A DNA stretch of 63,421 bases, counting the filler, from Pelomyxa schiedti (taxonomy: Eukaryota; Protista; Evosea): NCBI GenBank assembly GCA_020536535.1. It is 22 parts of 22 records of this genome, joined end to end, with 100 filler letters (N's around TTAATTAATTAA, not from the genome) between each part and the next. Parts side by side here need not be neighbours in the genome. Positions count along the whole stretch, not along the records: positions 1 to 2,620 come from JAHLWZ010001940.1; positions 2,721 to 8,383 come from JAHLWZ010001478.1; positions 8,484 to 9,937 come from JAHLWZ010002496.1; positions 10,038 to 12,813 come from JAHLWZ010001892.1; 18 more parts are not named here. One strand, 5' to 3'. Position numbers and translations under genes: made by a program. Below the pieces are notes generated by a model that was not told where the DNA came from, did no database searches, and saw only the letters and a program-made list of their open reading frames with translations. This document shows, piece by piece, positions 1 to 12,080 of this stretch; position 1 is the stretch's first letter; each line of letters begins with the position of its first letter.

Positions 1-1164
1 TGTCTCACAAATTTCGCTGCAAGCACATTCAAGTTCACTCTGAGATGGCTTCACTAGTCCACTCACAATCAGGTGCCTTAAGGTCATCTCCTCCTTGATG
101 ACCAATCTTGCCCAAGTTGGTTGATGGTATTGCTCAGAGAATTGCTTGACCAGATACTTGCACCCCTCAATTTTATCTTCTGATGTCTTGGGGCTGTTCA
201 AAAGACCTCTAAGTATTGCTTCACTGGGGAAGTAATCATGCACTTCCACCATTGGCCAGCACCAGTCTATAGCATCAATGCACCCACTGTCTGCTGCTCG
301 TAATTGTGCTTCACGTCTGTCATTCCTTGTCATAAACTCCCAGTAAACCTGTTCCCGCAGCAGCTTGGCCACCTCAACATGGCCGCCTTTGAGTGCTGCA
401 AGAAATGGTCCCCAGAGATCCCACTTCTGGAACCCAAACCTTGGCACCATCCATTTCGCAACATCCAAGTGACCTGCCCTGCACACGCAGCTCAGGAGAG
501 TCGATGGCACATTGGAATTGTAGTCCCACCTCAGGCTATCCCTCACCTCATCATCCCATGCCCAACAACTTGCAGCAGTGCCTGCATGAAGTGATTGTCC
601 TGGATTGAGCACCAACTGTTGGGCAGCAAGTAGGTTGTTGCTGGAGCACAGGCCCCAAAGCACAGCCAAGCTCTCTTTTTTGATGTTCCTTGACTTCCTG
701 TGCTCCAGTACCCACCTCAAACACCTTGCTGTGCCCAATCCACCACCACCGTCACCCTTCTGCACCCCAGCGATGGCTGCACACTCCACTGCAAAGTATG
801 ATGACCTGTACTTCACTTGGCATGTGGCCCAGAAGTCCTTTGCGCCCTCATCCACCCCTACCCTGTCATCTCTCGTTTCAAGCACCACCGCACAAGCCTT
901 TGCAACCAACGGGAACAGAGCCTCAGCCACGGTCATGATTTTCACGCACCTCTTCATCGTAAACTTGTGTTGGTTGTCTCCCCTCGTCGTCGTTATCCAC
1001 TTTGGAACCACAACATGCTCCCACACCACTCGGGACACGTCAATCACTCGTCGTTCCTCTCGTTGTCGGTCCTGTGGGTGTTTGTTTGAGTGAGTCACAG
1101 ACAAATGGTGAACATAAACACATACGGCAAGACCACTGCTTGGACAAGATCTCAGGGTCGACAT
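1..1164 (-). CDS. Ankyrin-like helical repeat protein, lineage-expanded family; 3'-truncated by window edge
   Basis: ATG 1164 (MSTLRSCPSSGLA), GT-AG intron 1072-1125, then an open frame: DRQREERRVIDVSRVVWEHVVVPKW...VCRAGHLDVAKWMV...AALKGGHVEVAKLL...KIEGCKYL. The G(H)L/V-D/E-VAK motifs are ankyrin-like. Missing from the ORF track because no stop is reached. Confidence 0.7.
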   Translation of the reverse strand, partial: MSTLRSCPSSGLAVCVYVHHLSVTHSNKHPQDRQREERRVIDVSRVVWEHVVVPKWITTTRGDNQHKFTMKRCVKIMTVAEALFPLVAKACAVVLETRDDRVGVDEGAKDFWATCQVKYRSSYFAVECAAIAGVQKGDGGGGLGTARCLRWVLEHRKSRNIKKESLAVLWGLCSSNNLLAAQQLVLNPGQSLHAGTAASCWAWDDEVRDSLRWDYNSNVPSTLLSCVCRAGHLDVAKWMVPRFGFQKWDLWGPFLAALKGGHVEVAKLLREQVYWEFMTRNDRREAQLRAADSGCIDAIDWCWPMVEVHDYFPSEAILRGLLNSPKTSEDKIEGCKYLVKQFSEQYHQPTWARLVIKEEMTLRHLIVSGLVKPSQSELECACSEICET

Positions 1165-1437
1165 GACTCTGTGAGAGTTGCCTTTTTTTTTTATTTATGA
1201 AATATAAAATGTCATCTTGACGTCTTGGTTTGATTCCCCTGTGAGCATGCCACACAAACATTTCCCTGCGGGAGAGTTTTCATTCCCGACGATGGCGTTG
1301 CTGCCTGCAGCGTGACTACTTCCCTGCCTCCTAGCTTTTCCTATTTTCCATGGGAGATGTGGCGAAGTGTCATGGTTCCCCTGCCCCCAGGCATGGATGT
1401 CGAGAAAAAAAAATGAAACTCTTTCGGAGAAGACAAC

Positions 1438-1680
1438 ATGGGGCAACAACAGACACCGCACCAACTCAAACAACAACAACCACGACTACAACCACGACCC
1501 AGACAGAGTCGTTGGTCCTTGCACATGGGCATCCCCATGCGGAATCAATCGATCAGGGCTCATTCTTTCAACCACTCATGACTTGAAATCCTGCAAGACA
1601 CCATGTGTTGTGTTCTCACTTCACGATGGCATCAACACTTTTCACTTGGGTGTGCCTCATCAGTTCTTTTTTGGTGAAAA
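1438..1680 (+). pseudogene. Internally deleted copy of the HPRCG-box family (start fused to C-terminal end)
   Basis: The ATG GGG CAA start with a Thr-rich tract resembles the start at 47539. Bases 1515-1675 (PCTWASP...GLILSTTHDLKS...CVVFSLHDGI..HLG..PHQFFF) match the end of the gene at 47249-47420. Confidence 0.7.
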
Positions 1681-1750
1681 AAAAGCAACTCTGAGAGTTC
1701 TTTTTTTTGGTAACCTCCAAAGAGATGAGTGGATGAAATTTCTTGTCTAA

Positions 1751-2620
1751 TCAAAAAAGACCCTGTCTGGCCAACCACAAGCGTGTGTCTGTGGGGAGTG
1801 TACAGGGGAAGTGTGCCTGGCAGTAGAGTGCTATCTCCTTGGCTGTGAGACCCAGGGTGCGAATAGAGTACTCAATGTGGCTGGGTGATGCTGAGACCAC
1901 CTCATGCAGTGCTGTCTCACAGTCTCTGCTGTAATCCCTGGGAATCGCTGCAGGAGCATCTTCCACGTTGATAGTCTCATTTCAGATATCTGTGTCTCGC
2001 AGGAGGGGAAGTCTATATGTGATGATGATTGTTTCTCAAACATCAGCAACACCTGTTTGTTGTGAGTGAACTTGTTGAAGGAGAGAACATTGTTGAGTGT
2101 CAGTCAACCTCAGGCAGAGTGACAGTGAAGTTTCTGATGAACCAATCAGCACAACTTGTCTTGGATCCTCTGATCAATTGGAACAGCAAACTGTTGTTGT
2201 TTGCCTTGAGCTGCTGTGCTGTAAATGAAGCTATCCATCAGTAAATGTTGAAGTTTAGCTTCCCCTATCTTGTGCACCATCAACTCCACAACTGGAACAC
2301 TGTCTTTCTTGTTGGTGGCCTTCAACAGTTCCTTATCCTTTACCTCGGGCAGGGGTACATGAACTTCGTCAGTGAGGTACTCCAAAAGATTAATATCACA
2401 TATTTTGCTGTAGGCACAGAAAAGCTCAAACCGTCCTGGTGTCACCAAGCCACTCTCTATCAGATATCTCAGTGTCTTTTCTTCCAGGACAGGGAGATAG
2501 TTCCAATTCATTTTTGATGGCCACTGTGCAGAAATCCACTTGCAACCTTCAATCTTGTGCTCAACTGTGTTGCCACTTGCCAAGAAGTAAGTAGCTAATG
2601 CCATTGGGGGTGTATTGTCC
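1751..2620 (-). pseudogene. Frameshifted 3' part of an ankyrin-like family paralogue
   Basis: Shares KIEGCK with the gene at 1-1164. The plausible protein (…QLKANNNSLLFQLI…LSTWKMLLQRFPGITAETVRQH…EVVSASPSHIEYSIRTLGLT…) is split over three frames (ORFs 2146-2604, 1831-2052, 1751-1966). Confidence 0.6.
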
Positions 2621-2720
2621 NNNNNNNNNNNNNNNNNNNNNNNNNNNNNNNNNNNNNNNNNNNNTTAATTAATTAANNNNNNNNNNNNNNNNNNNNNNNN
2701 NNNNNNNNNNNNNNNNNNNN
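2621..2720. other. Artificial contig linker (N44-TTAATTAATTAA-N44); first of 21
   Basis: Identical six-frame-stop spacer flanked by Ns, also starting at 8384, 9938, 12814, 14022, 17970, 23893, 25177, 35480, 37729, 39310, 41501, 42669, 44592, 46240, 48643, 53303, 54488, 56288, 57407 and 59023. Confidence 0.98.
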
Positions 2721-2838
2721 CGCCGCGCCAACCGCCCCGCGGCACAAAACATCAACAAATCCCGGCAAAATCGGGCCGCTTCACCCTGCCTTGCTCACTA
2801 AAAAATTCTGTTTTTCTCACTTGACTTGCCCCCCGGTG
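2721..2838 (+). repeat. Dispersed ~110 bp element, copy 1
   Basis: CCGCGCCAACCGCCC...CCCGGCAAAATCGGGC.GCTTCAC.CTGCCTT.CTCACTAA.AAATTCTGTTTTTCTC..TTGACTTGC...CCGGTG matches the reverse complement of 29988-30090. Confidence 0.85.
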
Positions 2839-3478
2839 TATCCATTTCCTCATCTGAATTAATGCTCCTGATGCTGGAATTCCGTAATTGCTTCTTCTAC
2901 AACTTGATGGAGGTAAAAAGGAAACCCCCCGCAAATCGATCAGTTTTGACTCACATCGACACAGGTGAGCTGGCCGGTGACTGCACTGAGCACCGGAGTT
3001 CCGGGATTCAAAATCGGCAAGTCCGGAACACTCATGGCCAATCCACTTCTTCCTCAGCTTGTACCTCCAATGGCCTGCATTTGGAACTGTCTGGCATCAT
3101 CATCACCCCCAACAAACACAACGCCAACATCACCTCCACCGTCGGCAACAGCAACAACAACCACAAAAGTGATTCCAATGATTGAGCTGTGGGATATGCT
3201 TGTTGGAGCAGCTGGACTGCGTGGGGGACCATCAATAACACCAACTGTATCCCAACAAACCACAGTCAGCCCAACACAACATGATGCAGCAACAACAACA
3301 AGCAGCAATTGCAACAAACACCACCATAACAACCCCAAGCACCACATTCACAGTTGCATCCCACAGGCAACACCACTGACGGTGTGAAAAATTCATTTCA
3401 GTTCAATTCAGTTTGTACTAAGAAAAGACTGTGGTGAACGAAAGAAAAAGACCCTCACATCCAAAGTTTTTTCTGCAG

Positions 3479-6234
3479 CTACAAATGAATTTTGTCCTTG
3501 ATGAAGGTGCGACAATGAGGGCACTTCTTCATGACTGCTGCACACTGTTGTGTTGTTTTTTGTGTCTTGATGAAAAAAAGATAAAAAAAAAGTCATACTT
3601 GGGAGCACAGGACAACGTGGCCACAAGGCTGCAACTGCACGTCTGGTGGCCTCTCTTCACATTCCACGCAAACATTGCTCTCATTGTTGTTGCAATTTGG
3701 CACTGATGAGAGCAAGACTGGTGACACTGATGATGAGGTGGCAGTGCATCCTGGAAGAGTGGTTCCTCCCGCTGCTGTTGATTCCGTTGTCATTGAGGGC
3801 AACCTTGGTTGTTGTTGCTGCTGGCTACCACCAAAACAGGCAGATGATGATAACGTTGCCTTGGAAAGGCTCAACTCCACGATGGCTTGTTGAGCCTGAG
3901 GGAGCAACTCAGAGAGCTGAGACCACACACAAGGCATCCCAATGAACTTTTCATCACCCTCCAACCCTCGCTGGAGCCTCCACTTTCCCTTGTGCTCCCT
4001 CTGAAGCTCTGAACACTCTCTCTGTGTCTCATTGATGGCCTTGTGGAGTGTGCCTCCAACTGAAACTTGCTCAGACAGCTCCTTTGACAGAACCGTGTGT
4101 TTGTCAGCGAGCTTTGTGCACTCGTCAAAATGGCACCTCTGGAGCTGTGCAAGTGTGTCTGAGAGAGTGCACAGCAACTGGAATGGTGGTGTGAATGTAT
4201 GAGGCTGTGGATCATTCACAGTCAGAAGAGGTTTCATCAGAATGTCATCCACAGTGTTACCATCACCCTCTGTGTTGTTTTTTTTTTTTTTTGGGTGTTT
4301 ATGTTTGTTTGATTGTCAAACTAACAGTCAGAGATGGGTTTTACCTTCTTCTTTTGGAACAGTCTCCATTTCTGATGTTGATGATTTTGCAGAGGACTTG
4401 ATTCCCAAAACCTTTTTTGTGAGTGTTGAGATGTTCCTGGCACACTCCTGGATCTCAGACTCGCTGTTCTGCACCGTCAGTGTCTGCCCAAGGAGCTTCT
4501 TGCATGCAGAATCTGATTCGTTAAGTTTCATCACCAGTGTTCCTTTCAGTTCAGTGAGTTTCTTCAGGTGTGATGCCAGTTCCTCGTTGGATTCTGTTGC
4601 TCTCTGGAGGCTGTCATTCACTTTTCTCAGCGATTCCTCGAGCAGGACGAACTGTGGTTCCAAAATCAGCAACTGAGACTGGAGCAACTTCGCTGATTCA
4701 AAGGCTTCCCTGAACTCAGAATGGGTTGTTGTTCTCACAAGAATCGACTTCCTTTCATCATCATCATCTTCTTGCTGCTTTTTTTGAAGTTGGTCTTGCA
4801 GTTGTTGGAGGTTTTTCTTCACTTGGTTGAGTTGCTCACTGTGCTTCTCATTATTCCTTGCAGTGATTTGCTTCAAACAAGAGAAAAAATAAAAAGAAAG
4901 ACGTGTCAGTTGGTCACAGTGAAAGAGAGACACAACACAAGAGTCACACTCACTTCCCACTCTTGTTTGGCTGCTTTCATTTCTTCTTTCAGTTTTGCCT
5001 CAAGTTCACTTTTCTCTTTGGCGGCCTCGTTTTTCAGTTTCTGTGTTTTTTTGTTTGTTGTTGGAGCAAACAAAATGAAAAAAGAGGATAACAGCACCCA
5101 CACGTCCCACATTTGTGCACATGGAATGGAATTTAAGGAAAAAAATAAAGCTGAAAAGATATCACACACACTGACCTCAATCAGCTGACAGTGTTCAAAC
5201 TGTGATGATCCCATTTGATGTTTCACTCCTGGATGACTCGCACCTTGAAACAGGTTGTTGTTGTTGAGGGTGCCCTTCAGATTGGATGATGATGGCGATG
5301 ATGACGATGACAGTGTTGCGACACCCTCACCACCACGGCACCAATTTTGGGTGAACGTGCCTTCAAACATGTCACCGTTTGGCCACCTTCTCGTCCCCTT
5401 TGTTGGAACACCATCCTCCCACAACCCAGTGAACGACGATGATCCATCCCTGCTCCACGTCTTGGTTCCTTCACCATGCTCCTTGCCACCAACCCACTGG
5501 CCATCGTACCTGTCACCGTTTGCCCACAGCCTCACACCCCGACCATGGAACACGTCGTCCTTCCACTCACCAACGTAACTCCCACCACCTCCTTCTGGGT
5601 TGTTGTTGCCTCCATAATCACCACCACCACCAAACAGGATACTCTCTGTTCCACATTTCACGTCGTGATCAAATTGACCATGGTAGATGTCACCCGAGCC
5701 ATCAGGTGACCACCACGTTCCCACACCGTGCCACGTGGACCTGTCCCACTCACCCTCATACACCGTGACCACCATTTTTACTGTGGCCCCCCCCTTGGTT
5801 GTCATCCTCCTTTGCACACCCCACCCCTGCATGTCATGACCATTTGCGGTTGTGTTCCACACCCACTCGCCATCCCACACATCCACGCCGTTGCTGTGGT
5901 GCCACGTTCCCCTTTTCCAGTGGTCGTCCCTCCACAGCCCCTCGAACCAGCTGCCATCAGCACAGTGGGCCACACCCCACCCATCCCTCTTGTTGTTGAG
6001 CCACTCTCCCCCGCGGGTGTCGCCATCGGGCCACTTTAACACCCCTCGGCCCGTCCTGGCTCCGTTGAGCCACACACCGTCGTACGTGTCGCCGTCTGGC
6101 CATTTTGTGGTGCCCCTGCCGTCGGGTTTGCCATCGACCACCCGACCAGTGTATGTCGCGCCACCACCCACCGCTGAGGTGTCGTCGACAACCATGGTCG
6201 CAGCACCCACTCGTTTGTTGGTTGCGGCTGCCAT
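3479..6234 (-). CDS. MORN-repeat / coiled-coil / C-terminal RING (C3HC4_3-like) protein, multi-exon
   Basis: Many MORN repeats (Y.G.W..G...G.G...W.DG..Y) in 5200-6180. Coiled-coil exons lie at 3900-5060. The RING CVECEERPPDVQLQPCGHVVLCSQ|CAAVMKKCPHCR is completed across a GT-AG intron (~3546-3597); stop at 3479. Confidence 0.88.
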
Positions 6235-7432
6235 GACCGTGATGAAATGGAACAAGAAACACCATCACTAACAACGGTTGGGCAACCAACGTCAAGCATT
6301 GCGGGAACAACAACAACGACAACAACAAGAACACTCATTCATGCTCTCTGCCTCATCTTCTCAGTCCAGACCGCCTGCCCTGGGATCAATCACCACTGCA
6401 GTCCACATCAGTTAGTGCGTGCAGTGATGTGAGTGGAATGGCATGCCATACTCAGCCGGGACAGAACCGGATATTTTCAGCACTGATGCGGTCATTTCCG
6501 GCACTGGCCAGCCATGCACGCACTCTGCAGTGACATTAGCATGGAAATCATGAGAATTGTTCTCGTAAAGCGGGGGAATACTACAAACCCATATCCTTTT
6601 AGCTGGAATGTAACTTTGTTTACAATGTAAACAAAAGTTCGTGGTAATAGAGGTGAGTACAACACTGCCTGGCTGTTTCGGCAAGAACAAGGCGAGTCTG
6701 GGGGGTTGGCATGGATTAGAAATCATCAGAAACATTTAGAAACCGATTAGAACGTCCATTTGGACGCTTTTTACGGGAAACTCACTAATACCTTACCCTC
6801 CGCCTAAAAGGACATTTGAAGCTCAGGTAAAATCACTGGATCAAATTCAAATCTACGTGTTCACGAGAATCCTATTTTCACTTCAATTTTCAATTAGTTC
6901 ATTCATTTTGTTTGCCTTCATCGTTTTATTAGCTTCCGAATTTTCGTTTTAAAAGGTTATTAAGCGCTGCAGCAGATAGAATCTATTAATTCAATAAATA
7001 CAAGGAAAATATAAACAAAGCGAAAGGGAACTAATGAGGAGTTCAAATAAGTGAAGACAAATTTAATACATAAAAGGAAAATGTGATGAGACTTACTTCT
7101 TTCATTGAAAGTGTCGGTGATGTGATGTTTGAAGATACTTCAATGTGGTCACAAGGCTAAGTTCATCATTTCAACCAGAAAGCAAGAGAACAAGTGAACG
7201 GGTTGCACCAACCACTGCAAAAAAAAAAAAAAAAAAAACAGGAAATATACATTATGGGGGGGCTACTACAAATGCAGGCGCTAACATTGTGTGGCAAACC
7301 TGTGCACAGGGGTGCTTGGGCCTGCGCGGTTGGCTGTGGATCCGTAAAACGCAGCTGTGTTTGTTGATGGTTCCATCAACAAGGAAAAGCAGGGAGGGGA
7401 GGTGCCCCGATCAGCCAACAAACCAGATCAAA

Positions 7433-8135
7433 ATGGGCGTAGGTTTTCAGGGGTGGAGCCTTCGTGCAATGGTCTTGTTGTTGTCGTCGTCGTGGTGGAA
7501 GACGTCTTCGTCGCAGCCCGCCATCATAAAAAACTCGAAAACAACTTCGAAGAAAATAATGATGATTACGGCACACGATGATGTACTTCATCTTGCACGC
7601 GACCAACTCGTTGCCTTGCTTTCCAGCACGGTGGCCACTCCGCATTGCCGTTGTGGGGCGGGCAGCCCAGCGAGGGTGCTCCCTGCCGCTGTCATCGCCC
7701 ACGAAATAGGGGCCAAGTGGGTGATGCACGTCGACAGGAGGGCCGTGATCAGGGGTCACTCCTCCACCACCACCAGCACCAGCGCCGCCACCGCCGTCGC
7801 ATCCAACGCCACCACCACCACCACGTACCACATCGTGTTCGTCGGCGTGTCACACACCTTGGGCGTCGTCGAGCGGGAGACGTGGTGCAGGCCAGGCGGC
7901 GGCGACGACTGCGAGTCGAGGGCGTACTTCAACGCGATAGTGTGGTTTGGGCACGGCGGCGCCGTGGTGAATGACTGCGAGACCAACAGGGCCCTCGGTT
8001 CTGGCAGCCGCAGCGCGCTTGCGATCGCGAATCTGCTGGCTGGTGGGGCTGTTGCGAGGAACGTGGCGGAGATTCCGACGAGCTCGCAGCTGGGCTATTG
8101 CCCAGAGACGCGGGTGTGCACAAATCTGGATCAGT
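7433..8135 (+). pseudogene. HPRCG-box family protein, interrupted by a palindromic element
   Basis: ARDQLVALLSS…HCRCGAGSPARVLPAAVIAHEIGAKWV…VGVSHTLGVV. Family-like sequence stops at …CTNLDQW, where the repeat array begins. Confidence 0.7.
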
Positions 8136-8300
8136 GGGCGGTGATTTTTTTCCCTACAAAAAGTGTATCATCACCGCCCAAAATCACCGCCCGGGCGGTG
8201 ATTTTGGGCGGTGATGATGCACTTTTTGCAGTCAAATCGGATCACCGCCCCGGGCGGTGGTTGAGCACATAAGCCAGTCAGTAAAATCACCACCCTGGGT
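8131..8300. mobile_element. Palindromic array of ATCACCGCCC/GGGCGGTGAT motifs; probable DNA-transposon end
   Basis: 72-bp palindrome at 8157-8228 (one mismatch), outer inverted arms at 8136-8145 and 8241-8250, about 8 motif copies. Begins TCAGTGGGCGG inside a coding region. Confidence 0.6.
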
Positions 8301-8483
8301 TAACCACAAGAAAAAAACTTTTTTTTATGTTGCTCTTAATCTAACTCAATATTTAACAGTGCTGACAGGCCAGTTAAAGCCACNNNNNNNNNNNNNNNNN
8401 NNNNNNNNNNNNNNNNNNNNNNNNNNNTTAATTAATTAANNNNNNNNNNNNNNNNNNNNNNNNNNNNNNNNNNNNNNNNNNNN

Positions 8484-9124
8484 CCTGCAGCAAGAACAAC
8501 AGCAACAGGAAGCAATGTAGCCATTGGAAGACTGCCTGAGAAAGCACTGCACCATAGGCGGAGTAGTAGCAGTGAGAGCCATAGTGGAAGTGAGAGTGAG
8601 GGGGTAACACAATGTACCTGCAGTTCTTGTATGGTGACAGTTTACGAGGGAGAGTGGTATAGAGACATGGTGCACGGCACAGGAACCCCGTCTTCAAACC
8701 AGTAGGTTCCACTGCTCCAGTGTCCAGCTTTCCACATGCCCTCGTACCTTCCACCATTTGGTTTTGCCAGCACCCCCCACCCTTCCTTCTCGCCCTTGGC
8801 CCATTGCCCGTCATAAGTGGTACCATCGGCCCATGTGTACTTCCCTCGCCCCTCCTTTACCCCCTGGAACCACTGGCCGTCGTAGTTATCCAACGGCATG
8901 TGGTATCTGAAGGTGCCGCGACCGTCCATTTGGTTGTTGACTAGCCTGCCCGTGTAGTGGCCGCCCTCAAGGCTGTCGATGCGATTGGTGACGAACGTGG
9001 TGGTGGTACTGGGGACCAACGCTGGTGGGCGGAACGGTGATGGATCGTACATCATGATCCCGGAAAAAAAAGTTGTGGTGATCAGAGCAAAGTTGGTTTC
9101 CAACGCAACGACGGTTGGATTCAC
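8484..9124 (-). CDS. MORN-repeat protein (partial)
   Basis: YTGRLVNNQMDGRG…YDGQWFQGVKEGRGKYTWADGTTYDGQWAKGEKEGWG…YEGMWKAG. Exon boundaries not resolved. Confidence 0.8.
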
Positions 9125-9266
9125 TCACTGATTGGTTATTTGAGCAGGTGGAGGTGGCGTTGGATGGTGTAACCTGACAAATTCCGTTTCCGTTTTGTTG
9201 TGTTTGATTGATCTCGTTTTTTTGTGCCAGAATCCTCACTCAAGAGGTTCAAATGTTGTTGTCTCA

Positions 9267-9937
9267 TCAGGACAAGTTGAGGAGGAGCAGGTTGTTCGGT
9301 TGCACGAGATGTTGTTGTCGTTGGACTCTCACCCTGCTGTTTCCAGTGTTGTTGTTTTTGCTTATCCCTGGTTGTTGGTGTGCGGTTCTCGTTCTCTTTG
9401 CCTGTGGTGCTGCTGCTGATTGCTCTTGCTGTGATTCCGTTGTTGGTGTTGCTGTTGCTGTTTCTGTTTGTGTTTGTGTTTGTGGTGGAGGAGGTGGAGG
9501 AGGAGCTTCCTTCAGCTTCCTGATACTGTCCGCAATGGCGGCCCTCTGTTCCTGAATTGACTTCCGTTTGTGTGACAGCGCAGCGAGCCTCGAGTCGGCG
9601 CTCCACTCTGGGTGTTCTTCCAGCTTGGCCTTCCTCGCTGCCGCAACCTTGGTCTTGGGCTTCGCTTGCGGCCGCGGGTGCGTGACTGTGTGGCTGAATG
9701 TCCCAGAGCACACCGGGAACGGCCGGTACCGCTTCGGCAATGGAATGCGTGGATGAAATGGTTCAGTGTAGCCTTTGGCCAGCAGAGTGAGCTCGTGGAT
9801 AGCGGCTTGCGTCTGAAGCCGCGGAACATTCCGCGAGCACCACTTGAACAGCGAGAGCGGGGATGAGAGGTTGGAGTGGATGTGCTCGGCGCACCTGAGG
9901 CCGAGCCACGCATCTGCTGCGGCATAGATGACCTTTT
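9267..9937 (-). CDS. Hypothetical protein fragment (basic / coiled-coil / Pro-Thr-rich)
   Basis: Open frame containing KRKSIQEQRAAIADSIRKLKEAPPPPPPPQTQTQ; may be upstream exons of the MORN gene. Confidence 0.4.
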
Positions 9938-10610
9938 NNNNNNNNNNNNNNNNNNNNNNNNNNNNNNNNNNNNNNNNNNNNTTAATTAATTAANNNNNNN
10001 NNNNNNNNNNNNNNNNNNNNNNNNNNNNNNNNNNNNNCTCGGTGTGCATTTATAAAGGATTCCAAAGTCAAAGGAAAGGTCTTGGGTATCTCGATGATCT
10101 TTCTGTGAACTTGATTTCCGAACTTGGTAAGTGATGACTCAGCCTCTGAGTCTCCAGTATCGAGTCTTGCGAGTGTGCCTTGCGCACAGTTTGCCTGTGT
10201 GTTCGCAGAATCACACAAAAAAAAAAATATATCTCTGAGGTTCACCCCCTTTTGAATTCTGCTGGGAGATCCTTACCTGGCTTCATCACCAGTCACCTGG
10301 CCGACATTGACCTCCGCCAGACAGGGTGTCAATATCCGCCCCCTTAGCATTGATCAACACCAGGGGCTAGAGCGCATCGAATCCCGTGGCCTATTCCATC
10401 ACGCACAGGGTATCCTTGGTTATTCTTCCCTTGTAGGTGGATATCGGTTCCGGGAGAGCTACTTTCGCCCCCTGCTTGAGTGACCTCTTAGCAGAAATTT
10501 TGAAGCCAGAAGTTTAGGTAGTCGCCGTAACTTTTAGAAGGAAAATTTCCGGCCGAGAACAGTTATGGGTCGAAAAAAAGAAAGTTTTGTTTTCATAGGA
10601 CAAATTGGGT

Positions 10611-12080
10611 TTATGGGGTTTGGCTGTGAGGGGAACAAAACGAAAAACACTTGAAGAAGGAGGTGTCGGCGTACCAACGTTGTCTCAGGGTCAACCGGAA
10701 CAGTGATCTGTTATCCTCCACGTTCCTCACGTCGATGTGTTGGATGGTGTCCGAGTTGTTGTTGTTCCCGGCGCTTTGGACGAGGTGAGGTGCTGCTGGA
10801 TTCTTCCTCACGATGACGTACACTCGACCCGTAGATGACAGTGCAACCACGACTGCGTTGTCGCCCAGGTTGTAGTAATCAGAGGAACCAGACCTGATCA
10901 CAAATGCCCTCGAAATAGTCTCACATGGCAGGGCCTCGATCCCAGTCACCAGCCACCTCTCGATCTCGTGGAATCGCTTGCTCTCCATGGACTCCTTCAT
11001 GCTCCAGAATATTATCTGGTGCTCTGTTGGTGAGATCGTCGGCTTCATCTTCCGAGAAACGAGGAGCGCCACGTGGGGTTCCCTCTTGCTCATAGTGACC
11101 AAGGATATCACGTGCCCTTCCAATAGGCCCAGGTCTTCTTGTTGAACTTTCAAGAGGGAGGAGGAAGATGACGATGAGGCACTTCCAATTCGTGGTGTGG
11201 GAAGCAGGGCAGGCTCAATGTAAAATTCTGGTTCACCTCTACAGTAATAAGGGATCCAGTGGCTGTTTGTCCTGCAGTGAAATACTCGAGGGGGAGGCTT
11301 GCTGCACTCCAGCAAGACCCTCGAATCTCCCAGACTTTGAATATTGAGAAGCTTGAAAATGGAAGCGGAAGTCATTCTTGTCTCTGCACTATTATCGGCT
11401 GAGTCTGTTGGATGGAACTGCGGATTTATGTTTGGAGGCTTTTTTGGTGACTCTTTCTTGAGTTCCAATTTGATCCTCTGACTTTGTAGATGAAGATAAT
11501 GTGAGGCTCGGCCCATTTGTTTCCTTTTCAGCGACTCGTGCACCTTCAGCAAGACCAGCAGCAGGCGTGATGGTGCTGATGGTTGGAGTGAGGCCGACAA
11601 CAACAAGTGGTTTGCGTGGCTCCACCTTTTCAGATACCTTCCCCCTTTTGGGTTTTGGGGGATTGGGCCTCTTCACGGTAGGCTTGCGCTGGCTCTTTGT
11701 CACTTCACTTGGGGTGGAAGAGGTGATGGCTGTGGACGAGGAGGATGAGGACGAGGAAGAGGAAGAGGAGCCGGGTTTTGGTGGATAGTTGTTGTCGGAT
11801 TAGGAGTTGATGATGATGATGAACCCGACGCGGCGGCGGCAGTATTGGTCGTGGTCGTGGTCGTTGGGGCGATGGCGGTGGTGGTGGATGATGATGATGA
11901 TGACTGGTGCGCGCGCGCGCCTCTCCTGGGCCTCTTTAGCTGGGATGTGAGGGGAGCACCTCGGGCGGCCATGAGCATATCCCGGATGTCTTGGGGTAGA
12001 CCCGAAAACTCGCGCTCCATGTAGGTTTCGCATGATGGAGCTTGGTGCGTGGCGGAGAGGTCGCTGCTCATTTCCTTCAT
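10611..12080 (-). CDS. Hypothetical protein with low-complexity N-terminus, spread over three frames (introns or frameshifts unresolved)
   Basis: Overlapping ORFs 11700-12080, 11392-11703 and 10611-11606; the last encodes beta-strand-like globular sequence. Confidence 0.45.

Noticed and set aside
2665-2676. Recurrent TTAATTAATTAA palindrome and ORFs ending '…LIN'
   Set aside because: Artificial scaffold linker between N runs; not biological.
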